Shown here piece by piece: positions 24,295 to 32,894 of a stretch of DNA of 32,894 nucleotides. The notes under the pieces are model-generated. The model was not told the DNA's origin. It made no database searches and saw only the letters and a program-made list of their open reading frames with translations. A program made the position numbers and the translations under genes. This DNA comes from Octopus bimaculoides (taxonomy: Eukaryota). The stretch spans positions 5,367,853 through 5,400,746 of the forward strand of contig NC_069000.1 of the NCBI RefSeq assembly GCF_001194135.2. Direction: 5' to 3'. Position 1 is the stretch's first letter; every line of letters starts with the position of its first letter.

Positions 24295-24393
24295 AAAGTA
24301 GAGCGTCTTGCTCAAGGACGTGATGCACTGTCGGGAATCGAGCTCCCAGCCTTTCTGTGGTGAGTTGAATACACTAATCGCAAATCCACGCAC
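24295..24393 (-). mobile_element. Decayed tRNA-derived SINE head (fourth type)
   Basis: Reverse complement has B-box-like gagctcgattccc followed by gtccttgagcaagacgct, a motif common just after SINE tRNA heads. Single copy in the window. Confidence 0.5.
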
Positions 24394-24724
24394 ATTCGCG
24401 ATGTGTATCTATATGCATCTATATATATGTACACATAAGCATTAATATGGATGTCCGTATCAATGTGTTCACCCAGCCAGACCAAATTACTGCGTAGACG
24501 GACAGTCTTTCTTTCTACCAGTGTTAAAAATATCAGTTCTTTTGTAGGGCCATAAGTTCACAAAACTATCAACAGATTTTAAATATAGAAAATATTTGGC
24601 ACAAAGTTTTCCTCTCTACTTCAAAAGTTTGTTTTACTAATTTTTTTCTTTAAAAGGTAGACAGACGATCTCTTTTTTGTACGTGTTTAGCATTGAACTA
24701 ACTGTGAAATAATAGATAGAAAGA

Positions 24725-24728
24725 TAGT

Positions 24729-24808
<80 letters not shown>
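24725..24808. repeat. (AGAT)n microsatellite
   Basis: Visible directly; explains the IYLS-repeat ORF. A second (AGAT)n lies at about 25062-25138. Confidence 0.95.
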
Positions 24809-24809
<1 letters not shown>

Positions 24810-24923
24810 TGGTTCAGAAGACGCATCTTCACCTGAACTGTATAAATGTGCACAAACACACACACGCACGCACGCGGACATACACACACATGCATATATA
24901 CGCACATACAAATATGTACATGC

Positions 24924-24958
<35 letters not shown>

Positions 24959-25060
24959 TTATTTCACACTTTATCCAACAGGTGAGCGTGTATGGAAGTA
25001 TATATACTTGTATATGAATTATGTAAGTGTATATCTGTATATAGCTAGGTAGATTGTTAT

Positions 25061-25138
<78 letters not shown>

Positions 25139-25557
25139 GTGCGCCATTACTTAATGGATGTCTGAAACAACGTGTTCATGGAACCGTGTGACATTAATGG
25201 GAAGACAGAAAGTCTTTGTTTTTTGCGATGCTAAAATATCAGTTTTGAAGGGCCACAAGTTCAGAAAACGTTCAAGATATTTTAAATATAGCAAAATCTT
25301 TGCACAGAACATTTTTTGGTTTGTCTATATTTCTCCTTGAAAAGTATATATAACAAAAAAAATATATATTCTTTCTATAAATAATTGGCTTGTATTTTGT
25401 TTTGTCTTGTTGAGACAAACGAGTCATAAAATATTGTCACAACTATTGGACGTCACAACTGAATGCCTTTCTCTGTGTGCGTTCGTGTGTGTATGTTTAC
25501 GTGTGCGCGTGTGCGTGCGTTAGTGTGTATATGTGTGTGATTGTGTGTGTTCGTGCG

Positions 25558-25597
<40 letters not shown>

Positions 25598-26712
25598 TAT
25601 ACGTATAAGCAGGGAACAAACCGGACCAAGGTTTCATACTGCGTCTGCATTTTCCGGTCGTTTAAGTTTCCTTGTTATAAAGTAAATAAGGATGTAGTTT
25701 GTAGCAGAGTAAGCGGTATATTCCATATAAATATTTCGGCGCAGGGTCAATATCTGCCATGCAGCAAATGTCTTCTCGTTGAAATTTCCCCGGAAGAAAA
25801 TCACTATGTGTCGACACATCGAAATTAGTTCCCGTCTTCCATAATTTGATTTTTGCATTTTTATATTTAGCTTTAAATTTCTGTTAACGTAGTGAAATTT
25901 TTAAGATGGCAGCACAGCCTGTATGCAAGACGTTTTAGTATACATTTTTATTATGTATGTCATAATGTGGAGTATTTAGATGTCTTCTAAACGTACTCAG
26001 GAAATCTTTGATCGAAGGGTGTTTTTTTCTTTGCTAATATTTTCTCTCTGTCATATCCGTTTTGAAGACTGCTATATAATTTTATGTCTTTCAAAGCGAA
26101 CATTGTTGCAGTATGGAATCAAAAATGTGAAGAATGTGTATCTATCATGTTTTTTTTTTTTTTTACTTTTTGCGTTCTTTGTTGTATTCTAATGTTTAAT
26201 ACAATACCTTCACTCATTTTACATATATTTACAATGTCGCAGGTTATGCAACAGCGTTGCTGAGTATAGAGACGTAATGTGTGAAAAACGACCATATCCG
26301 CCACCATTATCGCAAATGTTTCTTTCAAGTTTAAACACGGTTTTCTCTTCTGTTTTACTTCTTTCATTATCTCTTTCATCATATCATCTAATAAATATTG
26401 AGAAAACATTAACTTTAAAGCAACATCCGCCTAATAAGCTAAAAGTTCTCTTTACAATGGAGAGGGCATTTGTTGGCTTAAAAAAATCTATACGACTAAC
26501 TAAACAGCAACAAGGCTACCAGTGAATCTAACAATCACAAAACGCTCTAACGAGAAAGCCGCTAGCCGATCAGTAAGACCTGCTAGAAATAGGAGCCAAA
26601 CTTATAAACAATATCCCACATTCTGAAGAAAATGCAAAAGAATTTAGTTGGGTTAAACAGCTCCCATTGGTGAAGGGTGAGTTGATGGGAACGTTTTGGA
26701 TCTATTTCATCA

Positions 26713-27085
26713 GGCGCGGCTGTGTGGTAAGAAGCTTGCTTCCAAATCACATGGTTCCGGGTTCATCCCCACTTGGGCAAGTGTCTTCTATTATAGCCTC
26801 GGACCGAACGTAGCCTAGTGAGTATATTTGGTAGACAGAGACTGAAAGAAGCACGTTGTGTAGACACACACACGCACACACACACACATATTGTCTTTGT
26901 GTCTGTGCTTGTCCCCCACCGTCGCTTGACATCCGCTGTTGGTGTGTTTATGTCTCCATATCGAAGCGGTTCGGCAGAAGAGACAGATAAAATAAATACT
27001 CGTCTCTCAAAGAATAAGACCTGAGATCGTTTCCTTCGACTAAAAATACCTTTAAGGCGGTGCTCCAGCATGGCCGGAGTCAAAT
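26713..27085 (+). mobile_element. SINE family 1, full bipartite copy (tRNA head and core, (CA)n linker, 3' module)
   Basis: A-box-like cggctgtgtgg, B-box-like gggttcatccc, ttgggcaagtgtcttct core, (CA)n at about 26862-26889, and 3' end aaggcggtgctccagcatggccggagtcaaat. Confidence 0.9.
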
Positions 27086-27435
27086 CTCTGATATGAAAAG
27101 CTCAACATTGAATAATGTAGTCCAAAATATATTGCGCCTGAATGCTGTCTAATATAGTTCTAGATATACAAAAAAGAACGACGTGGTCAGAGGTGGGAGA
27201 TCGATTTGGTTATAGGTTTAATTGATTAGAGTCGATTTCTGAAAAGCTAACAACAGCAACGACGTTAAAAGCAACAACAAATGCAATCACACATAATATC
27301 GATATTGTAGAAAACATTTTAAAATCTAAATATTGAAAGATAAAGAAGAATTGTTGATAGTGTTTTCCAACATGTCACAACTATGAAATCGATTAATCGA
27401 TTAATCCAATGTGAAGATTATTGTTTATCATTAGT

Positions 27436-27622
27436 ATTATTATTATTATTATTGTTCAGTAGTTTTATTTTTATAACTGCTTTCACTTCACTACCGAGCG
27501 CAGCTCTGTGCGCCTTGGGTATGTGCTGTGGTTTGCTGTGGTGCTCTTATGGCTACTGTATTGAAAGTGTTTTGCGTGGGATCTGTGCAGTGCCCAGTAG
27601 TGCAATTTTCTGTATGTTATAT
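27436..27622 (-). mobile_element. R4/Dong-clade element, family B: extreme 3' end, 3' UTR and (AAT)n tail
   Basis: Minus-strand translation YNIQKIALLGTAQIPRKTLSIQ* (stop at 27555-27553) is homologous to family A QKTALFGTARILRKVL. A different ~100-nt 3' UTR follows, then (AAT)n at 27453-27436. Confidence 0.75.
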
Positions 27623-27632
27623 ATATATATAT

Positions 27633-27699
27633 ATTATTATTATTATTATTATTATCATTATTATTATTATTATTATCATTATTATTATTATTATTATTA

Positions 27700-27745
<46 letters not shown>

Positions 27746-27752
27746 CATTATT
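27633..27752. repeat. (ATT)n tract, tail or target of the adjacent R4/Dong element
   Basis: Visible directly; begins immediately at the 3' UTR end of the 27753-28082 element. Confidence 0.95.
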
Positions 27753-28082
27753 GCCTTTGCACGGCTTCTAACGCTGGAGATGTACTACAGTGTCAGCTGT
27801 TCATTAGCAGTGAACTAAGGTAACACCCCTTATTTTTCGAGCCCCATCCAGAGTATTCGAGCGGTTCCAAGTAGTACTGTTTTCTGCAAGTGCTCCACCC
27901 TTATTGCAGCCCCTATTTGTTCCACGTACTTCTCGAGATTTTTGCTCACTGTTCCCAGGGCTCCGACAATTATTGGTACCACTGCTACCTTTTTCATCGA
28001 CCACAACTGCTTAACCTCCCAAACTAACCTGTCATATCTCTCGACTTTTCTTTCTTCCTTATCGCATACCTTGTTGTCAGCT
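27753..28082 (-). mobile_element. 5'-truncated R4/Dong-clade element, family A: C-terminus and 3' UTR
   Basis: Minus-strand translation ADNKVCDKEERKVERYDRLVWEVKQLWSMKKVAVVPIIVGALGTVSKNLEKYVEQIGAAIRVEHLQKTVLLGTARILWMGLEK* (stop at 27832-27830). Closely collinear with 13395-13775. Confidence 0.92.
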
Positions 28083-28868
28083 CTCCGCTTCTATGAGCTT
28101 TTCTTAAGTATTCTAAGATACACAAAAACGATGTTTTGTGACTACATAATTCAACTGTGATATGGTCTGCATTTTACGTATATGATTGCGTACGAGATTT
28201 CTCTCTGTACAATACATTCTTGTGAACCACCATTTACTGCCAGTTGCGTATATTTTTTCAAGAAATCTCTATGTTTTCTGCGGTCCTTCTACGTCACACG
28301 TTTTTCCGAGACTCCAGAAATGTTACAGGTTTGTTTATTTATTTGTCTGCATCGATTTTTAATCATTTCTACGACTCTTATAATTACATGGATTGTTTTT
28401 CCTTTCAAACTCTCCATCCTTGTTATCTTAATTAAAAATTTTTTTTTTTTTTAGATTTTTACATACAATAATATCTAATATTCTACACCTTTGTTTCAAA
28501 TATGCGTTATCGTCTTTCGTCTGTCGGGACTTTTATTTCAATGATAAAGATACAGAAAGCTTTTTTAATAATATTATCATTGCTGTTTCCTAGTATGACT
28601 TAAATCTGAAATAGCATAGAGAAGTAATTATATACAACTAGAAAAAATAAATAAATAAAAGCTAATTTAGAGAAAGTTTGTTCCCAGCGGTGCTTCTACA
28701 CCCCTGCCACGAACGAATTAGATTTTGCGATTTTTGGATCGTACTTCCAAGTTCATCTAACTTTTACCATGAACGATTCGACACACATTTATTGCATCAG
28801 TTTCTCAACTATCACTAAATATTCTTATGTACTTGTGTCTGTCTATGTATGCATATGAGACTATATGA

Positions 28869-28922
<54 letters not shown>

Positions 28923-29151
28923 TTGAGTGTGTGTTTGTGTGTGTGTATTATGTATATAATTAGGATAAGTATATGTATATCTATCTATATCTATCTATGG
29001 GGGCGAGTGAGAGTGAGAGAGAAAGAGAGTGAGAGAGAAAGAGAGGAGGAGGGAAGAGGGAGTCAGTCCTTTGGTTAATATTTGAATGATGAATTTTCAT
29101 AACTGATTATGGTATTTCATCCCCTCACTCTCTCATACTCTAAAACGTTTT

Positions 29152-29203
<52 letters not shown>

Positions 29204-29327
29204 GATGAAAATACTACTACAACGACTATTACTACTACTACTAATATTATTACTAGTACCGTTCCTGCTGTTGCTGCAACTACTGCTGCTGCTACTGCTG
29301 CTACTGCTACTGCTGCTACTGCTGCTG
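29152..29327. repeat. Compound (CTA)n/(CTG)n microsatellite
   Basis: Visible directly; explains the poly-L/S/V/A ORFs. Confidence 0.95.
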
Positions 29328-29650
29328 CATTCACATAGGACTAGACTAGGCCAATCAATAGAGGACTCTAGCCGTTTATCGATAATCATCTATTCATTAA
29401 ATCGATTAGGTTATTCACATCCAGCAATCTGTGAAGCGTGATGGGTTTAATGAATTTTTCACTGCTCACAGCAACCAATTCTTAAATCAAAGACTTTCGC
29501 CCTATGGCCAATCAATGACTTAATAGCAAACAAATATTGTTCTCTCCTGCTATGGCGTTACTTGCCTGTAGTGCGTCGCATCATTTATAGTCGATAACAA
29601 TCGAACTTCGAGATTAAGTTGACTGCGTAAAATAACATCGAGTTGCGTGC

Positions 29651-29652
29651 AT

Positions 29653-29723
<71 letters not shown>

Positions 29724-29758
29724 TAAATGGATAGATAGATAAATAGATAGATAGATAG
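29651..29758. repeat. Compound (AGAT)n/(AG)n/(AGAC)n/(AGAT)n microsatellite
   Basis: Visible directly. Confidence 0.95.
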
Positions 29759-29874
29759 TCTTTTTGCATTAATACTAATTAAACAGTGTCGACTGACAGT
29801 AACTGATGCTCTCAACATTTTTTTTTCGTTAGCTTGTGGTTATATCACCACTAACTCTGTGACTGATAGGTAAT

Positions 29875-29923
29875 AACTGCTTCCCTGGTGTGGTCATATT
29901 AAGTCCGAAACACGCCAGCAGTT
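29875..29923 (+). ncRNA. Decayed minimal type I hammerhead ribozyme-like motif
   Basis: AACTGCT-tcc-CTGGTGT-GGTC-atattaa-GTCC-GAAA-CACG-CC-AGCAGTT. The outer 7 bp are complementary and the core order is right, but there are several core substitutions. Confidence 0.4.
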
Positions 29924-31060
29924 GTATCCCTTTCATGATTGAAATATTTCGAGAAAATGTTTGTTTATTAATATTACATTAGTAAAATCATTGAAAGGTT
30001 GTCTTTTTAGCGTCCCTTGACTTATATCTGTTGATACTATGCTAGCTATTAGATAAAAAGACGTTACTATACAGAGGCCAGTTGGAAGTATGTGTGTGGG
30101 TGGGTGTATGGGGGCGGGAATTGTCAGCCGTTATCATAGAGAATGTGACTAATGCGAATAACGAAATTCTAAGAACTTCAATGACACAAACGCACTAATA
30201 AATAGAAAGAGAAAAACCAATTTGATTTGGAGCGTACTTGAAATTGACAAACACAAGGTCAGTTGGTAACGGACCATCCCTTGCTAAGCGTGTTTACTTT
30301 AATAAAATCATAACCTAGACCTTTGAATAGTCGCGTGAATCTGTCAAAGTCTTCAATTCACGGTTCTACACTGGTCTGAAACAATCCAATTAAAGTGGAC
30401 GACCTCGAGAGTAATTGAAGAATGTCACGAAATATTGACAAATGGTATGGCGTGACAAATTTCATCTTAAATGTGAATATATCTTGGTGCATCTAACATG
30501 CACAGTTGGATTCTATCAACAAATAATTGGTTTTTACCAGTTGGCTTTTAACTACAAATAAATTTTACCGCTAACTTTTCTTGCTTTCTATTGTCTCTGC
30601 TCAGTTACGCACACTTGCTTGTCATTTTCGCCATTTGAAATACATTAAAATCGTGTTTCTCTTACTGGAAAAATGTAAAATACGACGCTATTGTTCAACT
30701 ACAGTCCTATGTTTAAAATTATGATAGCCGACTGTTTTAAGTTTTCATAATGCTCAAAGACGCATAACGCTGGCTGCCGGGTTTTGCTGTGCGTTTAAGG
30801 GACCGAAATCATAATATTCCCAATGAACTTTGCAGGTGCGTTACAGGGCTTAAGGCCTGGAAATTCTGAGGGGAATGAGAGCATGAGTCCCTGCCCCGTG
30901 AAATACTGTTGACTGTTCTTTGAGCCACCTCTTCACTACAGTTTTCACTTCCGCGTAACTGAAGTTTGCCTATCAAACCCTCTTTCATGGGTTTCTTTAT
31001 TTGAGAAGTTCAGCGCAGGCATTGACCCTGTCAAGTCTTGCGTTCGGTGTATATATATAC

Positions 31061-31132
<72 letters not shown>

Positions 31133-31262
31133 ATGGATGACTTGCTTGTATCTAGATATGTATATGATCAAGTAGATCATAGAATCTCATTTGTAACTAG
31201 CACAATTTAGATGCATTCCATAATAGAATAAGATACCAGAATATTGAATGCAATACCATATA

Positions 31263-31316
<54 letters not shown>

Positions 31317-32693
31317 TATATATATATGTATATTCATGCATACATATGTAAGGATTGCGGTCTCATATGTGTGTGTAAGTGTGTAAGTGTATATGTATGC
31401 TTGTACATATTTTTATATGAATTTGAATGTGTGTACAATATTATAATATTATTACGCCCAAATCCAACAGTCATTCACAGAATGTAATTCCAAATAAGTG
31501 ACAAAGACTTCGATAAACCATTTATCTATCCAACCAATGTCACTTCTAACATTAATCAGAACGGAATAGATTACATCGGCATGACAGCAAATTGATTTAA
31601 GTTTAGATACACCCTGCAGAAATACGCATTTAGAGTAGCGCAAATATGAGTGGATACCAGCTTACCAAGAAATACATACGACTTTTGAGGAATAACACCT
31701 TTCCATTAGACAATTTCTAGATAAAGCCAGACATTATCCACAAGCTAATTATTTCTGTAGCTTATGTACTCTAGAGAATATTCTAATTTTAAAACAAACT
31801 ATAAAAAAAATATCAAAACAGCGTCGTTAATTTCTTCTTGCTCGCATAACCGAAATGACCTTCTTAGATGATATAATTATATCCTTCCAAAGTTATACTC
31901 ACAGGTCAAGAAATTCTGAAACATATTAATATTACAGGACTTTATTTTTATTGCTAATAATTTCTAAAATATTTTGTGGTATCATGAGAGGTCATAATGC
32001 CAATAGCAAACAACTCATATTCTGGTTCAATTTCACCCCGTTTATTATACATCAATTTGTTAACTTTTTAACCTGTTAAGTAATTGATTGTTTGATTAGT
32101 AATTCGATTAATCTCTCAATCAATTGTGTCGGTCAAAATCCCTTCATCGGTATTCGAAACCTCTTCAATCATTTGGTGTCTCTACCGTCACGAAAGGTTC
32201 TAACAACATACTAAAATTTATGCGTTTGTAATTTTATATATATGTATGTGTGTATGCATACACATTTCACACACACACACACACATACACACACACACAC
32301 ATACACACACAGACACAAGCACGCATACACACATAGACGCATGCACGAATGCACACACATACATACACGACAACCACACACACAGACACACACATACATA
32401 CACACATATATATGTTAGTTATTAGCGACTGAAGCAGTATTAGCACCGAATTACAATTTCTATGTACTACTTAATGCGGATGTATTATAAGAAAGCCGTA
32501 AGACTGTGGTAGTCGTCTAGAGAGAGTATAAACGTTTAGTAATTCAAAAGCACGGGTATGTTAGAAGCTAATAAAAAACGACCAACCCCTGTGGTGTAAC
32601 TGCTGGATACGTGACTTCTGCGTCTTTGCACTCCATCAACAGCAGTTGTCCATTATTATCATGGTCAAACATTGATGAATATATATATATAAA

Positions 32694-32816
32694 AATTTCC
32701 CTTTATTTAACGGTCATTCTAATAGCTCTCTTGTTTGTCTTAATAACGATCATTTACATAGTAATTTCCATTTGTTTAACGGTCATTTTCATAGCATTTT
32801 TGTTTGTCTTAATAAC
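32694..32816. repeat. Tandem duplication with a 69-bp period
   Basis: aatttcc...ttaacggtcatt...atagc...ttgtttgtcttaataac starts at 32694 and again at 32763. Confidence 0.9.
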
Positions 32817-32880
32817 TGACGAGATGCCCGAGCAGATTTCCACCACGACATCCGAAACTCGGAGTTTTATTTTGGCAACC
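32802..32880 (+). ncRNA. Type I hammerhead ribozyme fold, core intact
   Basis: Stem I AATAA (32811-15) pairs with TTATT (32867-71) and extends past a U-U loop. Core CTGACGA at 32816-22. Stem II GATG/CATCC with one bulged C. GAAA at 32854-57. Stem III ACT-CGG-AGT. NUH site GUU, predicted cut after 32866. Confidence 0.7.
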
Positions 32881-32894
32881 GAATAACTGTTGCA

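Noticed and set aside
31903-31915. 13-nt minus-strand micro-exon (tttcag|AATTTCTTGACCT|gtgagt)
   Set aside because: The splice motifs are good, but it is not frame-preserving, has no partner exons, and such matches arise by chance in 33 kb.

Overview
AT-rich, gap-ridden eukaryotic draft sequence that looks intergenic or deep-intronic. The repeat content resembles a coleoid cephalopod (Octopus-like) genome; that assignment is an inference from recalled repeat families, not a database result. No host protein-coding gene, rRNA, true tRNA gene or CRISPR array can be supported. Most ORFs in the supplied track are artefacts of microsatellites or N-runs. The window holds many di-, tri- and tetranucleotide microsatellites, at least three tRNA-derived SINE families (one copy is chimeric), and 3' fragments of R4/Dong-clade non-LTR retrotransposons (PD-(D/E)xK restriction-like endonuclease) that abut (TAA)n tracts. 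It also holds an N-terminal Penelope-like RT fragment and two short tandem duplications. The best leads are a near-intact type I hammerhead ribozyme fold at 32802-32880, a second decayed hammerhead at 29875-29923, a ~600-bp symmetric inverted structure (SINE, 146-bp foldback, SINE) at 19538-20140, and two different R4/Dong families stacked on one (TAA)n tract at 27436-28082.
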